A stretch of DNA of 63,499 bases, filler included, from Bigelowiella natans CCMP2755 (taxonomy: Eukaryota; Protista; Cercozoa): assembly GCA_000320545.1 (NCBI GenBank). It is 4 parts of 4 records of this genome, joined end to end, with 100 filler letters (N's around TTAATTAATTAA, not from the genome) between each part and the next. Parts side by side here need not be neighbours in the genome. Positions count along the whole stretch, not along the records: positions 1 to 28,477 come from ADNK01001119.1; positions 28,578 to 48,892 come from ADNK01000945.1; 2 more parts are not named here. The stretch is one strand, 5' to 3'. Below are positions 25,942 through 39,091 of this stretch, in pieces; position 1 is the stretch's first letter; each line of letters starts with the position of its first letter. Both the position numbers and the translations under genes were made by a program. The notes beneath the pieces were generated by a model. It made no database searches. It was not told the DNA's origin and was given only the letters and a program-made list of their open reading frames with translations.

Positions 25942-27899
25942 ACCCACCTTTTTTGGAAGTCCTTGGAGAAATTATCAAGCCATCCTTCACTGGGCATTAC
26001 ATCTGCGCTGGAGCGCTGCAGCGGTTTGATCATTATGCACGTGTGCTCCCCCGTCAGCTGATTCTTTGTCTGCCGGATGTAAACAGGCGTGAACCCGTTC
26101 TTCTCCCAGAACTTCAGCAGCGTGAGAGTGAGGCCTTTTTTTAAAGTGTAAAAATTCATATCTGTTTGTTTGTGTGTGTGTTTGTGTGCACGGTGTTATA
26201 GCTAATTGTACGCGGTAATCAGCCTAGTAAATTCGTGCAAGCAGCGAAGCGCAGTCGCCACTTAGATAACAACAGTCAATTGTACTACTACTTACTACTT
26301 GTACTACTACTACTACTACTACTACTACTGCTACTACTACTTACCGTAGGATACGCCAAGATAATGAAGAGCTTCCGGCGGTCTTTCTGTGAGTTTGATT
26401 AGCATCGGTTTCATCCCTTTCCTCGGCTTCAAGCTCTCCTCGAGCAAGGTCCGCGCTCCACGTTTTGCCTCATCGCTGCGGGCGGCGTTGTTGCTGCTGC
26501 TGCTGCTGCCGCTGTTGTCGTATTGCTTCGCATCTTCATCGAGGTTGATGATGTCCCCGGAGTAGTACGCAGTGAGCAGCTCGACGGCGCGAGTAGAGTA
26601 CCCTGAGGATGATAAGCAACATGCGCGGGACATTCAGTGACGGCAATGATGCGTTTGGTGACGGCGCTTGTATGTGATGTAATATCATTTTGATGATAGT
26701 CTGGTATTTGAAAGAGAAGGCCCACCCATCCGGTTCAGCTTCGGGTGCACGGCGATCCGCACGATGCGCGCTCCGGACAGGGACGGAAATCGGTCGTCTT
26801 GGAACTGCAGGTAGTAGTCGCGGCAGCAGGATGTTTGCTCAGTGTAAAGATGGTGATGATGATGGTGATGATGATGGTGATTATGATGATGGTGGTCTAA
26901 GAACAATATCTAGCATGGACAAACATACACACATACACGCGCGCGCGCGCGTGCGGCGCACATCTTACATAAGATCTTGCTTCACATTTGTGTATTGGTG
27001 GTGAGATGATGACCTGCTGTGACATGCACCACGGAATAAGATCGCCCGCCTCTCTCTTTCCCCTCGCCAAAGTCCTCTGGACAGATTTGCGATTGATTCT
27101 GCCCTCCAAGCACACCTGAAGGACGCACAGGATCTCCGGCAGTGTCCTCCCCTTTGGCTTCACAGGGCCAAGGAGCACGAACAACCTAGGAGGGGAGGGG
27201 AGGAGAGGAGAGACAGTCAGCTCAGCGCTAAGCATCATCAGGAAGAAGAAACAAGAGAGAGAGAAAGGGGGGGGGGGGGGGGGTGAAAGAGCGCACGGGA
27301 TGGTACAGCAACACTACTAATACTATTGCAGTAGTAGTGATTACCGGTGAGCAGGAGCGTCACTCATAAGCTGCAAGTCGTTAGGCGTATTCTTGTAGTG
27401 CGAGGAAACGTAAAGAGACATCATCTGCTGCAAGAACCGCTCAGCCGCGCGATGGAAGGAGAACAGGGTATCACGGTTCACGGCGTACAGTTGGCATTGA
27501 CTGGGGTGGGGCAGCCCGCTGGATATCTGGTGGAAATAGACAAACTGAATTAACCCAAAACAGCCATCGCCAGAAGATCGTCTGCGGAACGTTTATCTCT
27601 TCCGAGTCACGACGAAAGTACGATACAATAAAAATAAGGAGGGGGGGGGGGGCTTGGAACCAATTTAAGGTTTGTTAGGATGAGGATATTGATGATAAAT
27701 TGCAGTGGACGATATGACTAGATCAAGGGGGAAGTTGAAGATCTCATCACGGCTGCCAGGCAGGCGATGTAAAACAAGATCAGGGGGGAGGGGGGGGAGA
27801 GAACCTCAGGAACCGAGTCAGCGCAGTCGAGACACAGTAATCCTGTTGGGAATTATATTTTATATGTGTTTTAGTAATACACACACACACACACAAATA

Positions 27900-27936
<37 letters not shown>

Positions 27937-28051
27937 CATATTTTCACATAAATACTAAATATAAGAACTCATCATTAACAGCGTAATCGTCGTTCGGTCC
28001 TCGTTGCAAAAATCATCATCATCATCATCACCATCAGCATGATGACGACGA

Positions 28052-28082
<31 letters not shown>

Positions 28083-28467
28083 CATCAACAGCCAACCATT
28101 CAGCCATGCTTCAATCGGATCCTCTGCTTGGTAACGAATGGGTTCCTTGAGCTCCACCTGATAACACACACGACAACGACAACAACAACAACAACAACAA
28201 TATGCATCATCAATGATGATGATGATAAATAATCGCGGTCAGATAATTTGGCCGTGAAGAATGGCATTGACCTCTTTCAGCGTGCGACCGAGTCCTGATG
28301 TGGAAGAGGACGTTGCCCCTCCTTCCGTAGCAGCGCTGGATGACCGAGCACTGCTCTGCCCCCCTCCCTGAGACTGTGTTCGTAGCTGCTTCACCAGCTT
28401 CAGCGACAACGAGCGCCCTGTGCCTTCATATCCGTTGATTGTGGATGACATGAATACTAGGTAGTAC
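23755..28467 (-). CDS. NAT10: RNA cytidine acetyltransferase NAT10/Kre33, 3' part (5' part lost in gap)
   Basis: LVFMSSTINGYEGTGRSLSLKL, EPIRYQAEDPIEAWLN, YVSSHYKNTPNDLQLMSDAPAH, GDLIPW, SGARIVRIAVHP, NQLTGEHTCIM, DLKRLESYSRNL and a Lys-rich C-terminus. Confidence 0.95.
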
Positions 28468-28477
28468 CTACGGAAGG

Positions 28478-28577
28478 NNNNNNNNNNNNNNNNNNNNNNN
28501 NNNNNNNNNNNNNNNNNNNNNTTAATTAATTAANNNNNNNNNNNNNNNNNNNNNNNNNNNNNNNNNNNNNNNNNNNN
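28478..28577. other. Assembly gap/linker (N44-TTAATTAATTAA-N44)
   Basis: Identical 100-nt construct occurs three times; the core gives stops in all frames. Confidence 0.97.
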
Positions 28578-28654
<77 letters not shown>

Positions 28655-28684
28655 CTCGCTCTCTCTTTCTCTTTCACCTAATAC

Positions 28685-29089
28685 CTGCGACATTCGTGTG
28701 GAAGGGTGGACTCGGGGATACCTTGAGGAGTACATCAGCAGCGGCACTTAGCCAATGCGAAATTATGCACGATGACGAAACGACTTCTGCGGCGCACGTT
28801 TCAACCGCACGCCGTGGTTTACAGGTAGAGCGCTCGAGATTGACAATTCGGTAATCCCTTCTATTCAGACACAACACTCCCAACACTACGTGCCCCCTCC
28901 CCCGCCGCCGCACTTACAGATACACGTTGGAATAGTCGTGCGGGGGGAACAGTCGAAAGCGCTTCCTGCCTGATATTTGCGTATACCTATGGAAGAATGG
29001 TTGATGGGGGGGAGGGAGAGGAAGAAGGAGAAGAAGACTCTCTTTGGTGCTGCCAATGCTGCTGCTGCTGATGCTGCTGATGATGCTGA

Positions 29090-29125
<36 letters not shown>

Positions 29126-29349
29126 AAGGTGCAGCAGTACAAAATGGAGGTTCATTTCTCTTCACATCATCCAAGGATTCTTGGGCATTATTATTACATG
29201 TTGTGAGCGACGTCATAGTGCAAAGGGCTCCCGACACCGCGAGTGGCCATCCATAGATTCGTCTGCCATATCACAACACACAGGCGTTTCTCAGCGAAGG
29301 AGCAATAGATGACAAGGAATTGAAACCGAAAAATGCCTAGATGTTTGTG

Positions 29350-29390
<41 letters not shown>

Positions 29391-30144
29391 GAAATGCGAG
29401 GTTTAAGGGGATGATGAAGTCGGGAGGAGACAGGAGAAAACACGCGCAACCGTGATGACAGATTGTGTTGATGGAATAATACTGAGCGAGTCGATCATTT
29501 TTCAGGCGTGTTTGTGCGGTTAAGTGCGAGGTTGAGGACCTCCATGTGCGGACGGAATCTTGCCACAAAGGAGCTTTTATCACCAACGTCACGCTGAATC
29601 GTCTTTGGCATGGCAGCCATTGGAGAGAAAAAGTAGTAGAATTGACCGTAGCTGCTCCTCATATTGTTGTTGTTGTTGTTGTTATCGTCGTCACCCTTCT
29701 CTTCTCCCTGCTTGAGGGTGCTGGGAGGGAAGAAGAACTCGGAAACGGTTACAGTAGCATTGGCCCAAGGACGATTCCATTGCACACCTGAAGTGCAGAC
29801 GAGTGAGGAGAGAGCAATAATACCTCAGAATTCTTTGTATTTTGGTCAAAGCACCCCCCCCCCCCCCCCTCTTCCCTTCTCTTTTTCTGTTCCTAGTCTC
29901 GAACACAACAAACCTTTCAGCTGGCCTATGGGATGGGCCACTGTATGCATGCGCACCTAGAGAGAGCAGCAAAACACACACAATCCGCGTTTTCTCACTA
30001 AGCTACATTTTCTTCTTTCAAGATTGAAGTATCACGAAATGACGATGCCGGTGCTCTGGAATAAGGCCGTCCTATTCGAGTGGTTCACTACCTTGGCTTT
30101 GGCACTCGCGTGCACCTCTAAATCGACATCCTCCATGTGCTGTG

Positions 30145-30180
<36 letters not shown>

Positions 30181-31150
30181 ACATATATATACATCTTTAT
30201 ATTGTATAACAGACACTAGAAGACTTCCAAATGAGATGATACAAAGGGTCAAAATAACGGATGCAATGTTTAAGTGTCCAACTAAACAAATCGCCCTCCC
30301 CCCTCACCCCCCTGCCCCCCCCTTATCTTCACAGGTCGAGAATTTAGCTGTTGTTCTTCACCTTTATAAAATACTCTGGAGACCACAGTTTCATTGCTGG
30401 CCACTGTGTACATGCGTATAATCCACAGTGAGGAGGGGGGGCAGAAGGAGGAGGAGGAGGAGGGCGGAGCAGATAATGCAGGAATAACATTGGTAACCAC
30501 TCTCAGTGAATACATTAAACCGTTATTTTCCTTACTTTTGAACGTTCCCCATAATATCATTAAGCACTGGGAAGATGATGCAAACAGTGGTGATGATATT
30601 GACTGCTACCTGCGTGGCTTTCGAGTTGCGAATGATAACAGGCTCAGCGTCCTCGAAAATCTCCTCAGCAAACTGCTCATGGATATCGACCTGAAGAGTG
30701 AGAGTATATATATAAATATATATACAACTACAAATCCTACGGATCATCATTCAGTGGGTTAGATTATCTTCGCTTTTACGCACAATAATGATAGGCACTT
30801 GCTCTACTCGTGGGAACAACGTCAGGAAGGGCAACACGCCTGCTTCGGCCTCTTCTATATGGGGAAACGAGCACTCATCACGCTCCGAAATCCTGTCGCC
30901 GCTGCTACAAAACCTGTATATTCAAAAGGCCGTTACATCGGGAAAACCGATCCTTCAAGAGAAAGGAGATTCTTTCGAATGAACGATCGCGCAATCTGAT
31001 TTAGACGTAATAATTTTCTCAGCAGACCCATTGTTGGCCCCAGTTTCTTGTTTTGCTGGCTGCCGCTCCCGCACAGAGGATGGGATGAAGATACAGATAC
31101 TACATAGCCACGCTAGCACAACCAAGGCGGTCCCAACCCAGCGCAGAGTC
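28685..31150 (-). CDS. JmjC/Cupin_8 oxygenase (JMJD5/FIH/HSPBAP1-type) with N-terminal hydrophobic anchor; 3' end lost in gap, start unresolved
   Basis: Spliced: WVGTALVVLAWLCSICIFI, EPVIIRN, WPAMKLWSPEYF, NLWMATRGVGSPLHYDVAHNM|YTQISGRKRFRLFPPHDYSNVYL|YPRVHPSTRMSQ. Confidence 0.85.
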
Positions 31151-31250
31151 CTGGTTATTGTGATCAATGGGTCATTATCGACGTTTTAATTTATCAATGA
31201 ACAATAATCTTTATTTCAACCACAGCACACACACGCACACACACGCACAC

Positions 31251-31304
<54 letters not shown>

Positions 31305-31703
31305 TCATACATGTTCTATAATCCAATCCAACGTATTCTCTTCGCAATGACAAGGGACGGCTCAATAGAGAGAAGATTCTCGACGATCACGAGGACGTTT
31401 CCGCCATTCCGGGAGAGCTACCGCTCGGAACATGAGAAAGGTAAAAATCCACGCATTTTTTGATCCGCGACAAAGGAAAAGTGGGTTCGTTGTCGCAGAT
31501 AAAGAGCATTGTGGCATTTTGACACTGCGACATATCCATTTGCGGGTAATTATTTATCTAGATTAAATAACAAAAATTGTACATAGATTTACTGGTAACG
31601 TCCTGCGGCTGAGAAGGAAAACAGACGGATATTGATAAGACTCGTCCGCTGCTATCACGGCTGGCTTTCCAGGGGCTTGCTAGCAACAAGGGGAGAAGGG
31701 ACT

Positions 31704-33251
31704 ATGAATTCCGCGTATATTTATCGTGATAGCGATATTGAGGAAGGCGAAAATCCCGTTTCCGCATACATCGATTGTGTCCCTTATATAGACGGAGATA
31801 GCAAAAATCTCGTTACCCCACGTATACCCATATATATAAATGCCACCCATCATGGCGCCTTTGAACGGTGGGTCAAGAGCAACTTTGGCATCATCCACGG
31901 GGAGGATAGAGAGTCGGTGTCTGAGGCTACTTGGAGGGACATGTATAAAAACTTTCTTGCACGCTGGAAAGAGCTCGAAAAATACACGGCATCTGTGAAG
32001 ACATTCTCGCCAGATTCCCTATCTCTGGATGAGAAAGACGGACCCATCGGTGAGGGAAAGGATGCTAACATATTCGTTGGGACAATCATCGAGAGCAAGC
32101 GGTGCGTTGCGGTTAAGACTCCGCGGCAAAATATGACTATTTCCGACATCGAGGAACTAAAGCTCCTTATGACACTGCCTAAGAATAACTGCCTTGTAGA
32201 TTGCCTCGGGGTGTATAAATACAAATCCGGCAAGCTCTCTACGGTTCTTGAGCTTTGCGAGGGTGGCAGCATGTTCTCATTTCTCCGGCAAAATTCGATA
32301 ACGACACACCGCATCTTCCTTAAGATGGCTTTGGACATGGTCAGCGGTCTGACACACCTGCACCTTAACAAGATCCTGCATCGAGATGTTGCCGCGCGCA
32401 ATTTCCTCCTTCGCAATGACGGCTCGGTCGTCATCTCGGATCTGACAAATGCTCGCAAGGTTGAAAGCAAAGAAGCTGAGAGGCAGCTAACGCTACTTCC
32501 GAGTCAAGCCCCCTGCTTCTGGCAAGCGCCAGAGACTATTCCAACCCACTTCAAACAGCCTTACAAGAACTTTTCTGTGAAGTCTGACGTGTGGGCGATG
32601 GGCGTGACGTTGTGGGAGATGCTCAATCGGGCAAACATGCCGTACATAAGCAAGGAGGACATTGAGGCTCTGAAATCAGCTAGCCGGAAGCAAAAGAGAG
32701 AAATGGTACAAAACAAACTGCAGAGGATTAAAAAAGGAGAGCTCAAACTGAAGCTTCTCAAATGGGAGGAAGATGAGGGGAACACTGGAACTGCCATTGA
32801 AAATCTCATCTACTCATGTCTTCATCTGAGGCCACAGGACAGGCCCTCTGCTGCTGTACTTAAGCAGAGGATAAGCAAATTGAAGGCTTTAATAGATAAG
32901 AATATCCTCAAGAAAGTTCTTTCTGACGCCCGTTTGGAGGAGTACCTCGATAGTTTAGCGAAGCTGGACATTGACGAGTTGATAAATGGGGACCAGAAAT
33001 TTTGGGAAGGCGTATCGGAAAGGACCGAGGTGAAGAAAAAGGGGCATTTAGCGCGTTTGAGGCGCCATTTCAATCTCCGAAGAACCAACACATCAGCCCG
33101 AAACAGCGGTGAGACACGACGAAAACGATCAACAACTACTTCCAAACATTCGCATGCATTATATGCGACTACCCCCCCCTTTCACATAGAAGCTATTAGG
33201 TCGTATGAAAGGGAAAGAGGGATGATGTTGAGACGCTTATTCCATGACTAA
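31704..33251 (+). CDS. Tyrosine-kinase-like/TK-type protein kinase with C-terminal SAM-like domain, intronless
   Basis: IGEGKDANIF, VAVK, HRDVAARNFLL, SDLT in place of DFG, FWQAPE, SDVWAMGVTLWEM, PQDRPS. SAM-like segment VLSDARLEEYLDSL...KKKGHLARL. Confidence 0.9.
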   Translation: MNSAYIYRDSDIEEGENPVSAYIDCVPYIDGDSKNLVTPRIPIYINATHHGAFERWVKSNFGIIHGEDRESVSEATWRDMYKNFLARWKELEKYTASVKTFSPDSLSLDEKDGPIGEGKDANIFVGTIIESKRCVAVKTPRQNMTISDIEELKLLMTLPKNNCLVDCLGVYKYKSGKLSTVLELCEGGSMFSFLRQNSITTHRIFLKMALDMVSGLTHLHLNKILHRDVAARNFLLRNDGSVVISDLTNARKVESKEAERQLTLLPSQAPCFWQAPETIPTHFKQPYKNFSVKSDVWAMGVTLWEMLNRANMPYISKEDIEALKSASRKQKREMVQNKLQRIKKGELKLKLLKWEEDEGNTGTAIENLIYSCLHLRPQDRPSAAVLKQRISKLKALIDKNILKKVLSDARLEEYLDSLAKLDIDELINGDQKFWEGVSERTEVKKKGHLARLRRHFNLRRTNTSARNSGETRRKRSTTTSKHSHALYATTPPFHIEAIRSYERERGMMLRRLFHD

Positions 33252-33850
33252 TTTCCTTCTTTCGATGCAAACCCTTCATTTTTTTCAATATATACAGATC
33301 ATTCACAGCTTCCATCCAAGCTTCCCATCGATGTCCACGCCGCTGCACTAGGTAGAAACAGCTTACAGCAACCACAGCTCGACAGTCCACCCTCACCACC
33401 ATCGCGTCCATTGTTACAGCGAGATCCAACTGGTGATCTTCATCCAGCAGAAGCAGTGTATATATATGATATATAATTATTATGCACACGGCGAAGGACC
33501 GCCTATATAAATGATTATCTTGGTGCTCCTATTTATTTTGAGTAAGAACAAAACGCTACATCGAAAGTTACTTGTTGTGGGCATGAGCTATGCACATCTT
33601 TTCCTATATGCGCACACAGCAGTCATGTGGATGGTATCTGGCAACGTGATAGAGTGATAAGCGCCAGGGATGCTCCGTGCTCGTAGCCGTGCAGCTGTTT
33701 TGCGTGATCGAACTAGACACTTACACCGTCATCGATGCGTACACTAACTAGTGTAGTCGTGGAACTAGGTACGTCGCCAAATACATGGAGCATGCATGTA
33801 CGTAGTCATCTACAAACACACACGTGTTTTGCACGCATGGGTCTTCAAAT

Positions 33851-33948
33851 GATGCCAACAGATTCAACATTAGCGCTATAATTTTACAGCGGCTACATGA
33901 GGATGGCCATTGAACAAATTTAATTGATTAGTTACATTCGTCTTGCAT
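33851..33948 (+). repeat. Dispersed intergenic repeat, copy B
   Basis: Direct visual alignment with 8466-8566. Confidence 0.85.
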
Positions 33949-34006
33949 GCGCACAGCAGCGCACAGCAGGAGTAGTGCTCTTCGCGCTGTTGTCGCCGGT
34001 CAGCCG

Positions 34007-34416
34007 TCACAGAACTGTGCAAATAATCTTTACACACGGCGGTACATTTTCCTCGTCTCTTCCGGCGCAGACATTCTCTATTAGCGTCTTCATAAAAGCC
34101 TAATTAGCAACACAACACCACTCTTTTAGGTGTTACTGCACTCACAATGATGGTTGTCAGTAAGAGAGTCAGTAAGAGCGTGTTTTACCATCCCTTCCTC
34201 CTCTTTTAGATACAGAATCTTTTCTTGGAGCTCAACATGCGAGTTTCTGTCCTCTTTCTTATCCGGGTGGTCAATGTACGCGTGTTTGAACCTCCAAGTG
34301 CAATTCATTAGTAGTATCATTTGCATGAACCTAACCAAACAGTCAGTAGGTTGGCTTCGTGAGCAATCACACGACCGCCCTACATATATGTGTACATTAT
34401 AATTTATATTTATATA

Positions 34417-34452
<36 letters not shown>

Positions 34453-34901
34453 AACCGGGGAAGGTGGGCCTTTTCCTCTTTGGTCAGACATCTCCTCTGC
34501 ATATATCTGTTTGTTGTTAAATGTTTGACGCCCTTAGACTTGTGCTCGTCATGGGCTTGTTAAGTTTCGAAATGTGAAGAAAGAAGGGTGACGACTCAAT
34601 GAAGCATATTGACGTAAAGGCCTAAATTCAGTTGATCCTCTAGTACAAAATGTTCACTGCTGCTGTTTTTTGTTATTGTAGGAATATTAATAGGATGTTT
34701 CTTCTTCATTGTAGGAATCATAATAGAGGATGTTGCTACCCGCTTATGAGAGCTTTGAACCGTTCCTGGTCTACTCTTATCTTGTTTGCACTATACAAAG
34801 ATATGTATGTATATATAAACTATACACAACCAGCAGCACGCAGTCTTGTCCGCAACCAAGGCAAAGCGTAGTATCAAACTATTCAGCTGAACATGCGTGC
34901 A

Positions 34902-34934
<33 letters not shown>

Positions 34935-34944
34935 GAGAGAGAGA

Positions 34945-34984
<40 letters not shown>

Positions 34985-35207
34985 TGTCAGGTAAGAACCC
35001 ATACATACTTATTCCATCCAATGCCATATTTTGCTTTATGCGAAACTCTCCACCCCCACCCCTCTCCCTCCCCCCTCCCCTAGAAAGTGACAAGTCAAAC
35101 CACGCCACCTGTAGCAAAGTGCCTATTATAGCGCACGCAAGGTCGAACAGATAAGGGCCGACCTTTTAAACAAAAATAATGATCGCCGAATCAACACAAA
35201 CCAAGAC

Positions 35208-35246
<39 letters not shown>

Positions 35247-35430
35247 ACGGTACAGTCGTGTCCTCCCAGTCAATGAAGGCGACGAAGTTCCCAGATTTCT
35301 CGTCCAACAGAATGTTGTCAAGAAATGGATCCCCGTGGATTATTCCTATACAGTAGTAGTGTTGGGGTGGTGGTGAGAGCGGCTATGGACGTGATAATAA
35401 TGACCATGATGGTGATGATGATGGTGATGG

Positions 35431-35462
<32 letters not shown>

Positions 35463-35964
35463 GGGAGCATGGTACCACGACGAACCCTCATTTTTGTTTT
35501 CTACCCTCCCACCCCTCACCCCTCTCCTACTCACATAGCCTCCTGTGCCATACCAAACGATGATCGTAATCAGCATAAGGAGACTCTCACATGCCCTCGG
35601 GGAACTGCTTGTAAGCACCGGCGCGGCTCGGTGTAACTACTTGCAAACTCCTACCGATGCTGCTGCTGCGCGTACTGCTACTACAACTGCTGCTACTACT
35701 ACTGGTAGTAGTACCTCTTGGAAGTTTATCGTTGTTTAAGCAGTCGATCAGGTTGACTAACTCTTCCTACAAATAAGTGGTGGTAGTACAAAGGGGCGCC
35801 ATATTAAAACATGGTACACATAGCGGCTGTTGTGACGGGGGTGAGGGGGGGGGGGGGGGGGGGGCACCTGGTAGAACTTAAAGAATGTGTGCTCTCCAAG
35901 GGCCGACCCCTCATCAAACTTCTCCTATGTGGTAATTATGTATGCAACACGCATAAGCATCCGA

Positions 35965-36005
<41 letters not shown>

Positions 36006-36884
36006 GTGTGTAAGTGTGTGTGTGTGTGTGTGTGTGTGTTATGTATGTGAATGTCCGATCCGATCATACATGTATTTTCAAGAAAAATAGCTCAACTCAT
36101 CAGTAGCAAAGGAGGAGAAGGAGGGAGGAGCACACAAAAAAGAAAACAGCAAATGGCTGATTGGTAAGAAATCAATTGCGGCATCACATCTTGCGACGTA
36201 ATGTTCTTACGAGGTAGATCCCGTCTAAATGCTCACGGGCAGTGGCGACTCTACATACGAGTGTTGGAGGCAAAATAAGAATAAAGAACATGTTTCTCCA
36301 ATACACAAGACTAAATATATATAAATATATTATGTGTCAGTGTGTGTGTGTGTGTGTGCGCGCGCGCGCGCAAATGCGAGCAAACTGGAAATACTCAATC
36401 GCAGGTACGCGCACGGACACGAACCCATCACCGACCCCCCATACTACATGCAGTAATCGCTCATAAACTCGATGTTGGTGCTGCTGCTGTTTTACCCCCC
36501 CGTTGAAAGGTCTCTGAGCTTTGCGTCCGGTGTGACGGCAACGCTAAAAAGCAGAAATGATTATCATGTTAAGATTACACAAGATATGTAGGCATCAGCA
36601 TGCTCTCCGTGACCGAACATCGCCAGGAACAACAACCTGTGCAATGCGGCCAGCTCCTTGCCAATATTGCGAAGAACCGTGTTTTCGTTGAGGGAGAGAG
36701 CTGGAAGAAAGAGCGATGAGAATAAACGACAAAACAAAAATCGCTTTAAAAACCTGTATTTTGGTGTTGGTATGTAGACACGTACTACGAGCCAATGGCC
36801 TGTTTACTACCCCCCCCCCAACCCCTCTCTCTCTTTCTCTTACACCCACACATATATACACGCATACACCCCCCTATTTTTTCC

Positions 36885-36921
<37 letters not shown>

Positions 36922-37021
36922 AACCCCCCTCTTAGATTTTCCAACCTATTTCCCTAAAATCAATGGGTGGAACTCCCTCCATATATCTCAACACACAGTA
37001 TGGAATTCCTTGAAAATACGC

Positions 37022-37062
<41 letters not shown>

Positions 37063-37875
37063 CAATTACGGGGGCATTGTCTTCTCCACAAAGGCAGAAA
37101 TCGCCTTGTTATCATGAATGCGGTGAACCTTTGAAGCTTGTGACATACTCGTTGCCTTTGGAGCTGCCCTTATCCTATAGCAAAGGGGAGAGGGAAGGGA
37201 GGGGGTGATGATGAGAAACGTGAAGTCGACCGTAATCAGTCAGTACAAAAGCAATTTACCTCGCCGTCCATTGGAATGGCGGTGCATGCCCCTGCGAAGT
37301 TCCGCTTTCTAAGATACTCCAAGATTCTTATCTCCCTGAATTAATTGACGACGATGGAATTCGTCCATGGATAAAAGAGTTAGTGAAGTATATCTTAAGA
37401 AGCGGCACCGGTGGCGCTTGACCCGTGGATTTTTCGTAACACACTTACCCCTTGAGATTGTCCTCGGAAACGTTTGGCTTTAGCTTGAGAACGGCATGGG
37501 TTCCGTCTTTGCCGACCACTCTGCAATTTGTGAGCATCAAGAAGATTATCCACGGATGGATGTAGCAAATTAGTTCTCTAGGTTTCAAGCATCACCCTCG
37601 ACGACAGGAAAAAGGCGGCTATCGAATCTATCAACTGTTCATCATCAACAAACGGGCTACTACTACTTGTAGTTTTCCCCAGAATATCCGCTGTGCAAGC
37701 GTTCGCATCGTGAAAGTTCGAACCCGAATCTTCTCTGAGAGGATATGAATTTCGTTGGTTACATCTGGCATCGTATTTGAAGAGAACACATGTTTGTTTC
37801 ATCTGAGACTACCAGCATGTTGGCCACATCCCGGTTGGAGGGCTTTTGCGGAGACGCATCAACTCTAGCCTTCAT
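34007..37875 (-). CDS. APH/choline-kinase-superfamily phosphotransferase, homoserine kinase type II-like, ending in CaaX (CTVL)
   Basis: Spliced: GYSGENYKV, AVLKL, EIRILEYL, CVLRYMEG, RNIGKELAALH, LPR|GIIHGDPFLDNILL...AFIDWED, GPYLFDLACAI, GYMQRRCLTKEEK, CTWRF and KIICTVL-stop. Confidence 0.85.
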
Positions 37876-38346
37876 CAAAAGAACTAACGGCCGTGCTTCC
37901 TCTTCCTCCGTTCAAGGTGCAGATCCGCCGCTACTGTAACTTGTGGCTTCGGGGAGGGGGGGCACAAAATTCGTTCAGAGGTGGTCCATGGGTTCTGACT
38001 TCGTCGTCTGAACTCTGAACATAACTTTTGAACGAAAATATATCGAATATCGCCAATAATTATAATCTGCGACAACAACCTTAAAAAACTGTTGGTAAGG
38101 TTGTTTGTAGGCTTGACCTTGCTCGATTTCTGGACTGGGTTTCTCTAGGGATGAAAACGCGTTCGTTTTTTACTAAGCTAGTTTCATGTTTGGTTCATGT
38201 CGCAAGGGATAAACGAAGGCCGTTTATCATTGTTTTCGGGGGGGCTTGTGCTCGAAGAAGGAGTCATCATCAGAGGCAACATTGATGGACGAAGTGCTTC
38301 CTGTTTCTCCTGAGGTGCGCACGTTCTGCCGCGAGTAGTAGCAACG

Positions 38347-39004
38347 ATGACGCAGCTCAAAGAAGTGCCATTGGAGGCAGCAGATTTAGGCCTCTCGGTC
38401 GAAGGAAGCAATACAGCAGGTCATGCAGGAGAGTGCTCAATATGTTTAGACATCCAAAAGGTAGGGGATCTTGCGGTGAAGTTAGCGTGCGGCCATTTCT
38501 TCCACAAGCGCTGCATCGGTCCCTGGATTAAGCGCTCAGCAATTTGCCCTACCTGTCGCAATCCCATCTCGTCCACACCTCGAGGAGGTTCTAATTTTGC
38601 ACAGAGAAAAGAGGCAAACAAAGACGCCCATCGACAAAAGGTTGAGATGATGGCGAGGATGATGCGTGAAATGGAAGAAGAAGAGAGGAAAGCCCAGGCA
38701 GTTCGCGATGCTGCTGATGAGGATCCTGTGTTGAGGAGGCAAGCTGATGAGCAGCCTTCATCATCTAGTAATGATGTGATAGAAGAGAACAAAGGCCATA
38801 CAAGGGACAAACGACTACATAAGGGGAATGTAGAAGACGACGAAAAAGCAGCCCGATATCAGCCCTCAGCTGCTTCTAGCAATGGTTCCACAGAAGATAA
38901 GGAAAGAGAGGGTCCTGACACCATCTGCTCAGCCTTAGATCTCGATAGCGTCTCCGTGAAGGAGCTTAAAAGGAGACTCAAACGACTTGGTGTATATGCA
39001 CACC

Positions 39005-39091
<87 letters not shown>

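Noticed and set aside
28522-28533. TTAATTAATTAA palindrome repeated three times
   Set aside because: Always centred in N runs; a synthetic all-frame-stop linker, not biology.
31850-33145. Long antisense ORFs over the kinase (also over CCDC22 and JmjC)
   Set aside because: Shadow frames of real coding sequence with no motifs.
37129-37148. Possible 20-nt GT-AG ultrasmall (nucleomorph-like) intron
   Set aside because: Reading through (NEYVTSFKG) and splicing to GIPYCVLRYMEG fits the APH fold better.
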